From an uncultured Candidatus Saccharibacteria bacterium (GTDB lineage: Bacteria > Patescibacteriota > Minisyncoccia > Phycocordibacterales > PALSA-1337): a stretch of 64,000 nt of DNA. The notes beneath the pieces were generated by a model. That model saw only the letters and a program-made list of their open reading frames with translations. It was not told the DNA's origin and did not search any database. Of this stretch, positions 1-7,465 are shown in pieces. Both the position numbers and the translations under genes were made by a program. Position 1 is the stretch's first letter, and the number at the start of each line of letters is the position of its first letter. The stretch lies in the NCBI GenBank assembly GCA_964543075.1, contig CAZIVT010000001.1, positions 7,703-71,702 of the forward strand, written 5' to 3'.

Positions 1-98
1 ATCCCACGTGTTGCCGGGTACCGCCCAATCGTTGTGGAGCCACAGACCGTCGTCGCTGCGGTCCAGGTTGAAGACGAACGGGCGGCCGTCGGAGTCGG
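1..98 (-). repeat. DGR variable repeat (VR), in-window part only. It continues beyond position 1.
   Basis: The reverse complement of 1..98 aligns base-for-base with TR 2073..2170. There are 11 differences, all at TR adenines. By my hand count 11 of 28 TR adenines are changed and 0 of about 70 non-adenine positions. TR AAC/AAA/AAT/GAC codons become CGC, TTC, GAC, AGC, CAC, GTA, GGC and GAT in the VR. Confidence 0.85.
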
Positions 99-1791
99 AA
101 ATAGGCTTCATGCCGATGTGGAAATACTCTCCCAGAGGCTGATTGCGGTATTTGAGACGGTAATTGGGACCAGTGTCCGGTGGGCAGAGTTCAAGGCCAA
201 GCTCTTCCGCTCGCTCGAATATTTGGGTGGTAGTCGCGCTTGTCTTGAGACCCAGATCACCAACAGTGAGGCGGATGAGTGTCATCTCCTCGGGGTTCTT
301 TGTTGGAATGAATTCAGCTTTATTCAAGAGCATGCTTCGAGCATAGCTGGAAAGATTGATACTCGCAGCTTCGATTTCGGAGATGAGCTGTTCTGCCGAT
401 TTGCCTCCAACCTCCACATTTTCTCTCCTGATTTTCTTTTCGGGGAACGAAGTATATACGTGTTCCAAAGTCGCCGGAAGTTTTTGGAAAACACCGGGTT
501 CAAGCTGCCCGACATATGCTTTGGTATTTTCGGTTATCTCGCTCGGAACATGGGCTATCTGTTCTTTCGCGCACTCGAAAATCGTAAGCATGTCCTCTTC
601 CGTGTTGCGGCCTGCACGAAGCTCTTCAATACGGGGATCTTTTTCGTACCCGAAACCCTCGATCGTGGAGTTTATTTCATAGAGGAATGTGAGGTCTTCT
701 TTGGTGAAAGGCTCGTCTTTTTCATGCTTGCTTTCGAGAGCGGTGAGGAGGCGCATATCCTCGCTTTTCTTGCGATAAGCATCGGCTTCCACGCCGAATT
801 CGCCGAGCTTCTCGTCCAAGACTTCCTGCATGAGCGGTTCTACGCCCTGATGCGGCAGAATGCCGCGCACTTCGCCGATTCGATCTTTGCCTTCCATGCG
901 TATAGCAAGGCGTGGTTGAGTCGGCTCACCACTTGAATCGTTCGTATAGTAGACATAAAAGTCGCCGGACTCGATCTGAGTTTCGGCCGTTGATTTTCCG
1001 GCAGTGCACCAGCCGGTTCCTTTGCCTTCGAGAGACTCAAATAGTTTTTGTGAAGCTTCGTTGTCTCCTTGTTCATATTTTACCCACTGTCCCTGAATCT
1101 CCTCGCGGTTCTCCATCGAGGCTGCCAGAGATTTTGAAATGAGTTCTGCATAGAGCGTCGGGAATTTCTTGTCGAATTCTCTACGAGCCTCGGAATCCTT
1201 GTTATCGTCCTTAACTCTTTCATAGAGATCGGCGATCTGGGCCAAGGGCTCACGGTAGATATCCGGAAAAGGTGCTACCGTGGAATCGGTGCGCTTCTTA
1301 AACTCGCCGCGTTCCTTGTCGAACTGGGAAAGTTTGATGATTTGATTCCAGGCATAGTACTTGAACCATGTCGGATATACCGCATCCGGCGAAGTGAGAT
1401 ATTCCATCCATGCGTCGAGAGAGTGTCGCTGATCTTCGATTGCCGTCTCCATCATCTGCTCGCGCACATCGGCCGGAATTTCTTCTATATGCTGACCACG
1501 CTCACGGGCGATGCGCTTCTGAAGCTCGAAGTACGAATCGGGAAAATTCTCCTTCTTGATGATGAGCTTGTCGTATATCTTGTCGCGGAACATTTCGAGA
1601 TTTCGCTCCCGCTTGTCTTCGTCGGGATTGAGGAAGATGTTTTCCAGTCGATCCATGTAAGCCTCGATGCGCTCGGTGGGATTATTCGGGATTTTTTCTC
1701 CTTCGAGACGCTCTTTCTTCTCTACGGCAGACTGCACTTCAGGGGAAGTCTGGAGCTCGGGATTTTTCATGTGAAGCGGAAACTTTTCCAT
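1..1791 (-). CDS. DGR target protein (variable protein). Partial: the 3' end with the rest of the VR lies beyond the window start. About 597 aa are visible. No signal peptide, highly charged.
   Basis: The minus-strand ATG at 1791 opens a frame that runs to position 1 without a stop. I verified by hand the segments MEKFPLHMKNPELQTSPEVQSAVEKKERLEGEKIPNN (1791..1681), KDSEARREFDKKFPTLYAEL (1200..1141), FYVYYTNDSSGEPTQPRLAI (960..901) and the C-terminal GEYFHIGMKPISDSDGRPFVFNLDRSDDGLWLHNDWAVPGNTWD (rc of 1..135). The C-terminal codons are the VR cognate of the TR at 2073..2170. The plus-strand ORFs 34..936 and 1342..2022 are its antisense shadows. Confidence 0.8.
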   Translation of the reverse strand, partial: MEKFPLHMKNPELQTSPEVQSAVEKKERLEGEKIPNNPTERIEAYMDRLENIFLNPDEDKRERNLEMFRDKIYDKLIIKKENFPDSYFELQKRIARERGQHIEEIPADVREQMMETAIEDQRHSLDAWMEYLTSPDAVYPTWFKYYAWNQIIKLSQFDKERGEFKKRTDSTVAPFPDIYREPLAQIADLYERVKDDNKDSEARREFDKKFPTLYAELISKSLAASMENREEIQGQWVKYEQGDNEASQKLFESLEGKGTGWCTAGKSTAETQIESGDFYVYYTNDSSGEPTQPRLAIRMEGKDRIGEVRGILPHQGVEPLMQEVLDEKLGEFGVEADAYRKKSEDMRLLTALESKHEKDEPFTKEDLTFLYEINSTIEGFGYEKDPRIEELRAGRNTEEDMLTIFECAKEQIAHVPSEITENTKAYVGQLEPGVFQKLPATLEHVYTSFPEKKIRRENVEVGGKSAEQLISEIEAASINLSSYARSMLLNKAEFIPTKNPEEMTLIRLTVGDLGLKTSATTTQIFERAEELGLELCPPDTGPNYRLKYRNQPLGEYFHIGMKPISDSDGRPFVFNLDRSDDGLWLHNDWAVPGNTWD

Positions 1792-2072
1792 GGGCAAATT
1801 GTAGCAAAAATCGCATATTTTGGCTATAATTTTGCCGAATCGGTTGCATTGAACGGCTCCGGCTTTTCAAGACCCTTTCGGCTCATGCGGATTGAGAGTT
1901 CGTCCGGCTCCGGCTTGACGGAGAGGATTCGCATGGAAGTCAAAATAAAGAAAATACTTGGTGCGGCGCGTTCGCTGATTCTCGATCACGCATACAATTC
2001 AGTCCGGTCTTTTGCCCACTGAACTTCAGGAAGCATCAGATGGACGGTGGCATGGATGACGCGTCGCACGAA

Positions 2073-2200
2073 CCGACTCCGACGGCAACCCGAACGTCTT
2101 CAACCTGAACCGCAACGACGACGGTCTGTGGCTCAACAACGATTGGGCGAAACCCGACAACACGTGGAATCCGGACAACAAGTTCGTATTCCGTCTCCGA
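2073..2200 (+). repeat. DGR template repeat (TR). The 3' boundary is uncertain: at least 2170, probably about 2200.
   Basis: Sequence ccgactccgacggcAACccgAACgtcttcAACctgAACcgcAACgacgacggtctgtggctcAACAACgattgggcgAAAcccgacAACacgtggAAtccggacAACAAgttc. It is AAC-rich in the same codon frame as the VR, and identical to the VR except at adenines. It lies upstream of the RT on the same strand. It is followed at 2225..2247 by a perfect 14-bp palindrome agtaacatgttact plus a ttactag direct repeat. Confidence 0.85.
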
Positions 2201-2243
2201 AACTGTTTTCTTTTTCCGCGATCCAGTAACATGTTACTAGTTA

Positions 2244-2648
2244 CTAGCGGTCGCGGTTTTTCTTGTCCGGATTTTCAAGGCCTTTCTTCCATCCGTAAAA
2301 CATCTTACCTGACTCCTCAAGCTTCCGCGCCACATCTTCACACTGTTTGTTGGTGACAAGCTTGCCCTCCCAAGCTACGGCGACCAGAAACTTGAGCGTG
2401 TCGAGGACAAAAATGCATTCGGCGATCTTTTCCGCTTTCTTTTCTTTTTCGGTAAAATACGCCACATAGGACAGCTCGAGCAAATCGAGAAATTTATTTT
2501 CTATCCGAGCTCCGATGGTATATCGAGCGCCTTTGGAAATATGCGGAACAATATTAACCCACAACAAATATCCCTCTTTGACTCGCTGGAGAATCGAGGC
2601 GTTATCGAGAGAGAGAGAGAGAGAGAGAGTAGAATGCGGCCGCGTCAT
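2244..2648 (-). CDS. avd: Avd-like accessory protein (four-helix-bundle / 23S rRNA IVS family), divergent to the RT. Start codon uncertain: ATG 2657 or 2648, or a downstream non-ATG.
   Basis: The translation ...ILQRVKEGYLLWVNIVPHISKGARYTIGARIENKFLDLLELSYVAYFTEKEKKAEKIAECIFVLDTLKFLVAVAWEGKLVTNKQCEDVARKLEESGKMFYGWKKGL fits the IVS / four-helix-bundle pattern (W..helix, xPK.E.Y.L..Q.RR, then ...GKML.GL) that the Bordetella phage Avd belongs to. It is about 130 aa and basic, and sits between the TR and the RT. The stop TAG is at 2244..2246. Confidence 0.6.
   Translation of the reverse strand: MTRPHSTLSLSLSLDNASILQRVKEGYLLWVNIVPHISKGARYTIGARIENKFLDLLELSYVAYFTEKEKKAEKIAECIFVLDTLKFLVAVAWEGKLVTNKQCEDVARKLEESGKMFYGWKKGLENPDKKNRDR
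2609..2632. repeat. (GA)11-12 dinucleotide microsatellite in the divergent avd/RT 5' overlap.
   Basis: gagagagagagagagagagagag at 2609..2631. It encodes ERERERE in the RT frame and SLSLSLSL in the avd frame. Confidence 0.9.
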
Positions 2649-3623
2649 ATCTACCATAATATCATCTCCGTTGATAACTTGCTCTCGGCGTGGCGCGAGT
2701 TTCTGAAAAATAAGCGCGGCCGCAAAGATGTTAAGGAATTTTCGCTACGTCTCATGGACAACATCCTTGCTCTTAATAGCGATCTTGTAGATAAAACATA
2801 CCGGCATGGCGGTTATACTGCGTTTCGGATCAACGACCCGAAGCCGCGCGACATTCACAAGGCGACAGTGCGCGATCGGCTCCTGCATCACGCTATGTAT
2901 CGAATCCTGTATCCATATTTTGATCCGAAATTCATTTTTGATTCATATTCCTGTCGTCGCGTCAAAGGCACGCATCGGGCACTGAACCGTTTTCGCGACC
3001 ATGCACGCTCGGTCTCCCGTAACAACACACGCACGATTTGGATTTTGAAATGCGACATACGAAAATTTTTCGCCAATATAGATCATGAAATTCTGGGCAA
3101 GATTTTGAAAAAATATATTAGAAGTGGCAATACGATCTTACTTCTAAGCAAGGTCGTCAGGAGTTTCCATATTGAGGGCAGGCCAGGCGTCGGTCTGCCG
3201 CTTGGCAATCTCACGAGCCAGCTTTTGGTGAACGTATACATGAACGAATTTGATCACTTTCTCAAGCGCGAATTGAAGGTCGAACATTGCGTCAGATATG
3301 CAGACGATTTTGTCATATTGCACGAGAATAGGAAGCATCTGGAAAATTTGCTTCCTCTGATTTCCGAATTTCTTGAGACCCGATTGAAACTGTCTCTACA
3401 TCCCGATAAGGTATTCATAAAGACGTGGTCGTCCGGCGTTGATTTTCTCGGATGGGTACATTTTCCACATCATCGTGTGCCGCGCACTTCGACCAAAAGA
3501 CGAATGTTTAGAAATCTCGAAGCAAATTCAAAAGAAGAATCTCTTTCATCATATCGTGGACTTTTGAAGCATGGCGATACATACAAATTGAGGAAGATGT
3601 TGGATAGATATAATCGACATTAA
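2634..3623 (+). CDS. DGR reverse transcriptase. The probable start is ATG 2634; the ORF is open from 2541.
   Basis: N-terminus ...ISVDNLLSAWREFLKNKRGRKDVKEFSLRLMDNILALNSDLVDKTYRHGGYTAFRINDPKPRDIHKATVRDRLLHHAMYRILYPYFDPKFIFDSYSCRRVKGTHRAL... Motif 4 is GVGLPLGNLTSQLLVNVYM, carrying the DGR-type [ILV]GxxxSQ in place of the group II intron QGxxxSP. Motif 5 is VRYADDFVIL. It is colinear with Bordetella phage bRT (GVGIPIGSLTSQLFANVY ... RYMDDIVVL). Confidence 0.9.
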   Translation: MRPRHIYHNIISVDNLLSAWREFLKNKRGRKDVKEFSLRLMDNILALNSDLVDKTYRHGGYTAFRINDPKPRDIHKATVRDRLLHHAMYRILYPYFDPKFIFDSYSCRRVKGTHRALNRFRDHARSVSRNNTRTIWILKCDIRKFFANIDHEILGKILKKYIRSGNTILLLSKVVRSFHIEGRPGVGLPLGNLTSQLLVNVYMNEFDHFLKRELKVEHCVRYADDFVILHENRKHLENLLPLISEFLETRLKLSLHPDKVFIKTWSSGVDFLGWVHFPHHRVPRTSTKRRMFRNLEANSKEESLSSYRGLLKHGDTYKLRKMLDRYNRH

Positions 3624-3665
3624 GAGGTCTAGACATCCTCGGTGATCAGCGTCATCCATTAGGGT

Positions 3666-3995
3666 GTGATAAAGGATGATGATATTGAAGCGATCATAGA
3701 TGCGAGCAAGCATTTCAAATACCACGAGCCGACAGGTTCTACTCCCTTTAACCGTATCTCCAAATTGCCCGAATCCAAGAAGGATTTGAAGATGGCAATC
3801 AAGGAGCGCATCCGACTGCTCGTTGCCTCATACATCTCGCTCGCTTCCTTTATTGATGACGACCTCGTCGATTTTCTCGAGAGTGATGAAGTGCAGGTGC
3901 GTAAAGGTAAGGTGATACGGATATATAACAGAGTATTCAAAGATTTTGAGAAACTAAGAAAGGAAATTCAAAATTTTAACCCATTCGAGCCATGA
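3666..3995 (+). CDS. Hypothetical protein (109 aa) between the DGR RT and the recombinase.
   Basis: An intact ORF on the same strand as the RT and integrase, with an acidic N-terminus and a basic C-terminus. No recognisable family. Confidence 0.4.
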   Translation: MIKDDDIEAIIDASKHFKYHEPTGSTPFNRISKLPESKKDLKMAIKERIRLLVASYISLASFIDDDLVDFLESDEVQVRKGKVIRIYNRVFKDFEKLRKEIQNFNPFEP

Positions 3996-4129
3996 AAAAA
4001 TTTATTTTGAGCACGGTTTGGGAGAAAAGTTACCAACTCTGAAGGGTCGAGGGACGCCCTAGACTTCCTAGAGGGGTTGCGTCATTCCTTGTGTTTGTAA
4101 GGAATTAACAGCAAATAACACAAAAAATC

Positions 4130-5452
4130 ATGCAACAAATACAAGCGCCTGGAGGAGTGACGGCCAAACCAGCAAGCCCCGTAAAGGTAAAATACTGCCT
4201 GTATGCCAGAAAAAGCACCGAATCCGAGGAACGCCAAGTCCTTTCAATCGACAGCCAGATAAGCGAGATGTTGAAACTGGCTGAAAGAGAAGGTCTTGAG
4301 ATAGTATCCATGAAACGAGAGAGTCATTCTGCCAAAGAGACAGGACAACGACCTATTTTTAACGAGATCGTCGATGAGATAAAGGCAAAAAAGTTCAATG
4401 GAATACTGACATGGGCACCGGATCGTATTAGTCGTAATGCAGGCGATCTCGGCAAAGTCATCGATCTCATGGATGCCAATATCCTTCAGGACATTCGCAC
4501 GTACGGTCAAAGATTCACGAATAGTCCGAATGACAAGTTTATGCTTATGATCCTCTGCTCACAAGCAAAACTGGAGAACGACAACCGAGGTATCAACGTA
4601 AAGCGAGGACTTCGAACACGAGTCGAGATGGGACTCTGGCCTGGAATGGCACCCTTGGGATATCTCAATCAGAAGCTCATGGACAAGAAATGCCAACTGG
4701 CGATCGATCCAGCGAGAGCGCCAGTCATAAAGAAAATATTCGAGAAGGTGGCATACGAGCAGTGGAGTGGAAGGAAGGTATACAACTGGCTTAGGTTCGA
4801 GCTCAACTTCCATACGAGGGGTAATAGACCGCTTACGTTAAGTGGCGTATACAAAATCCTGGACAACCCCATATATTACGGCCCCTTCGAATTCCCAAAG
4901 AAAAGCGGCAACTGGTATCAAGGCAAGCATACACCCATAGTGGATCAGGAATTGTTCGAGAAAGCACAAGCTCACCTGAAGCGTGACCAAATTGTAAGAG
5001 AAACCAAGGAATTCTCCTTCACCAAGCTCTTCACCTGCGGATATTGTGGATCGGGTATATCCGCCGAGGAGAAGTGGAAACAGCTCAAGGCAGGCGGATC
5101 AAACAGATACATATACTACTCCTGCTCCAGAGCAAAGGATAGAAATTGTAAGAACAAATACATACGTGAAGAAGATCTGATTACGGAGCTTCTCAAAATA
5201 TTGGACAAGGTAAATCTGAATGAGCTCGGTATGCGGCAGAGATTGGAGGATGAAATTGCGAGATTCAATATCTTCCAGAGATCAGTCCTTGGCACCAAAG
5301 ACAAAGTTGAGGCAAGAAGCGATACTGATATCAGAAACTATGCGAAGTATATTCTCAAGGAAGGAACAGCGAATGAGAAGCGGGAGTTACTGGCGAATCT
5401 CAGAAGCAGGATCATATATAAGGACAAGACACTCACACTCGTAGAAGAATGA
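4130..5452 (+). CDS. Large serine recombinase (integrase).
   Basis: The N-terminal resolvase-type catalytic domain (VKYCLYARKSTESEERQVLSIDSQ...) is followed by a recombinase domain and a Cys-rich zinc-ribbon region (FTCGYCGSGISAEE...YYSCSRAKDRNCKNKYIRE). At 440 aa it matches phage and ICE large serine integrases. It sits next to the tRNA-Ser 3' end. Confidence 0.85.
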   Translation: MQQIQAPGGVTAKPASPVKVKYCLYARKSTESEERQVLSIDSQISEMLKLAEREGLEIVSMKRESHSAKETGQRPIFNEIVDEIKAKKFNGILTWAPDRISRNAGDLGKVIDLMDANILQDIRTYGQRFTNSPNDKFMLMILCSQAKLENDNRGINVKRGLRTRVEMGLWPGMAPLGYLNQKLMDKKCQLAIDPARAPVIKKIFEKVAYEQWSGRKVYNWLRFELNFHTRGNRPLTLSGVYKILDNPIYYGPFEFPKKSGNWYQGKHTPIVDQELFEKAQAHLKRDQIVRETKEFSFTKLFTCGYCGSGISAEEKWKQLKAGGSNRYIYYSCSRAKDRNCKNKYIREEDLITELLKILDKVNLNELGMRQRLEDEIARFNIFQRSVLGTKDKVEARSDTDIRNYAKYILKEGTANEKRELLANLRSRIIYKDKTLTLVEE

Positions 5453-5457
5453 TCGAT

Positions 5458-5492
5458 AACAAAAAAACAGCGATAGTTCTGCTTTTTTGTTC
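5458..5492 (+). terminator. Rho-independent terminator after the recombinase gene.
   Basis: aacaaaaaaacag-cgatagtt-ctgcttttttgtt: a stem with T-rich tail 6 bp after the TGA stop. Confidence 0.6.
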
Positions 5493-5563
5493 AGCGTAAT
5501 GAGGCTTGAAGGTCGCACTTCACTCCAAATCAATAAGGACACACCGATACTAAATTGTCAAGG

Positions 5564-5650
5564 CGGAGAGGAAGGGATTCGAACCCTTGATGCCCTTTCG
5601 GACATACGGCCTTTCCAGGGCCGCCCATTCGACCGCTCTGGCACCTCTCC
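5564..5650 (-). tRNA. tRNA-Ser (anticodon GGA).
   Basis: The reverse complement GGAGAGGTGCCAGAGCGGTCGAATGGGCGGCCCTGGAAAGGCCGTATGTCCGAAAGGGCATCAAGGGTTCGAATCCCTTCCTCTCCG folds as follows. Acceptor GGAGAGG/CCTCTCC. A 3-bp D-stem. Anticodon stem CGGCC/GGCCG with loop CTGGAAA (anticodon GGA). A long class II variable arm. T-arm AAGGG-TTCGAAT-CCCTT. Discriminator G. CCA is not encoded. Confidence 0.9.
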
Positions 5651-5796
5651 AAGTCAATTCAAAATGAAAAATCTACCGCACAACCACTCATTTGTAGCAT
5701 ATTATACGAAACGACGCATCTGCACCACCTCGCTTAGGTAACTGATGGGCACTATTCCGAAATTTTCAATTCTCAATTTTGAATTTTCAATTTTGC

Positions 5797-6702
5797 CTAC
5801 CATCTCCCGCTCGCACCGCCGCCCCCTGACATGCCGCCTCCGAACCCGCCGAAGCCTCCGCCTCCGAAACCACCTCCCCTGCCACCACCCAGGAAGATCG
5901 GCCAGAAACCGCCATGACCTCCTCCAGAGCCAGGTGGGCGCCTGGATACGACATAGTCGAACAGGAGACCGAGCAGAGTCAGGAGGACGGTCGCGGATAT
6001 GCCGATCGCTAGAGAACTCGCGATCAGCCCGATGATGGCGCCTATAACGGCCCCTATGACACCGCCCAGCCACCACGACTTGGTCTTACCAAGCAGACGA
6101 GCCATGATATTGAAGACGACGATGATCAGGAAAAATATGCCTCCCGACCATTCGCCACTATTAGAGCTCTGGGAAGATGGAGCTGAATACTGCGCCGCTT
6201 CCGGAGAACCGGAGATGGTGGCACTGAGAGCGTCCACAGCCGAAGAGATACCTTGTCCATATTCGCCTGCCTGAAAAGCGGGCGTGAGCACCTGTCTGAT
6301 GATATTCCCCGACTGGATGTCCGTCACGGCTCCCTCGAGACCGTAGCCGACTTCGATGCGCATCTGGCGATCATCGACGGCCACCAGGAGCAAGAGACCT
6401 GTATCGCGATCAGCCGAGCCGATGCCCCATTCTCGGAAGAGCTTTTCGGCATACGTCTCGATGGTCTCATCATCACCGATCGTCCTCACGGTGACCACGG
6501 CGACCTGAGCTCCCGTGGACTGTTCGATGGCCACGAGCTTGCCGTCGATCATAGCCTTCTCTTCAGCATTCAGAATGCCGGCAAAATCATTGACATGCCC
6601 TGTAGGACGACCAGGGCTCGTGTAGGCAAAAGCTTCGGGACTAGAAAGGAAGAGAGAAAAAGGAAGAAGGAAGGAAAAAGCTATAGTGGTGATATACTTC
6701 AT
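5797..6702 (-). CDS. TPM-domain protein (YgcG-like), secreted or membrane-anchored with a Gly-rich C-terminal tail.
   Basis: It has a signal peptide, then a TPM phosphatase-like domain (HVNDFAGILNAEEKAMIDGKL...VAVVTV...LLLLVAVDDRQMRIEVGYGLEG...), a TM helix and a GGGFGGGG tail. It is paired with the adjacent LemA gene, as is typical. Confidence 0.85.
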   Translation of the reverse strand: MKYITTIAFSFLLPFSLFLSSPEAFAYTSPGRPTGHVNDFAGILNAEEKAMIDGKLVAIEQSTGAQVAVVTVRTIGDDETIETYAEKLFREWGIGSADRDTGLLLLVAVDDRQMRIEVGYGLEGAVTDIQSGNIIRQVLTPAFQAGEYGQGISSAVDALSATISGSPEAAQYSAPSSQSSNSGEWSGGIFFLIIVVFNIMARLLGKTKSWWLGGVIGAVIGAIIGLIASSLAIGISATVLLTLLGLLFDYVVSRRPPGSGGGHGGFWPIFLGGGRGGGFGGGGFGGFGGGMSGGGGASGRW

Positions 6703-6808
6703 ACAGGAAAATACGAAATCTTAGGCACGAAATCCGAAACAGGCACAAAACAACCGTGTGATTTTTTCGAATTTCGAAATTCGAAATTCGTGCTTCGGAT
6801 TTTATGCC

Positions 6809-7366
6809 TTATATCAACTCCACCTTGGGTGCATTCTTCGCTCCCGTCTGGGCCTCGAAATACTCGATCTGATCGAAGCCGAACATAGAAGCAAAGACAT
6901 TTCGCGGGAAGCGCTTGATGGACGTGTTGTAGGCACGCACAGAATCATTGAAGCGGGTACGTTCTACACTAATCCTGTTCTCGGCACCCTCGAGCTGAGT
7001 CATGAGATCGCGAACCGTATCAGTCGAGCGGAGCGTCGGATAGTTCTCTATGACCGCCAAGAGGCGTCCGAGAGCAGTCTCGACCTGTCCGGCAGCAACG
7101 GCCTTTTCTGAAACTCCTTGTGCTCCAGCATAGCGAGTACGAGCCTCGGCGATAGCAGAAAACACCTCCTGCTCTTGATTCATGGCTCCCTTGACTGACT
7201 CCACGAGGTTGGGGATCAGGTCAAAGCGACGCTGATACTGGGTCTCTACCTGCTGCCACTGAGCGGTCGCCGCCTCATTCATGGTCACAAGGCTGTTGTA
7301 CGATGACCAGCCATAGAGTGCTAGTATGGCAATGAGCAGTATGATGACGATGAGGATCTTTTTCAT
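6809..7366 (-). CDS. LemA family protein.
   Basis: An N-terminal TM helix is followed by LemA motifs (QWQQVETQYQRRFDLIPNLVESVKG...TRFNDSVRAYNTSIKRFPRNVFASMFGF). Confidence 0.9.
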   Translation of the reverse strand: MKKILIVIILLIAILALYGWSSYNSLVTMNEAATAQWQQVETQYQRRFDLIPNLVESVKGAMNQEQEVFSAIAEARTRYAGAQGVSEKAVAAGQVETALGRLLAVIENYPTLRSTDTVRDLMTQLEGAENRISVERTRFNDSVRAYNTSIKRFPRNVFASMFGFDQIEYFEAQTGAKNAPKVELI

Positions 7367-7465
7367 GATTTGTATATGTTCTTTAGTTCTCGATCCCGCA
7401 CAAGAGCGGAATCGATTCGCCCGCCTTCGCCTAGTAGGCTCCGACGGGCAAACAACTCATAATTC

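Noticed and set aside
34-2022. Plus-strand ORFs 34..936 (300 aa) and 1342..2022 (226 aa).
   Set aside because: Their translations are Phe/Leu-rich nonsense typical of antisense frames. The minus strand carries one continuous, protein-like ORF from ATG 1791 to the window start, and it ends in the DGR VR.
2047-2229. Plus-strand 60-aa ORF over the TR region.
   Set aside because: It is in a different frame from the TR-VR codon alignment. The region is the non-coding DGR template repeat.
2609-2632. A possible CRISPR or other array signal from short tandem repeats ((GA)n, gattgaa, cagtaaa units).
   Set aside because: The units are 2-8 bp with no unique spacers of regular length. No CRISPR-like repeat-spacer architecture exists anywhere in the window.
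5702-6076. Arg-rich ORFs (5702..6076 minus, 5745..6035 plus) over the 3' end of the TPM gene.
   Set aside because: They are alternative frames of the GC-rich Gly-tail coding region. Their composition is pure Arg/Pro/Ser low complexity, and they overlap a well-supported gene.
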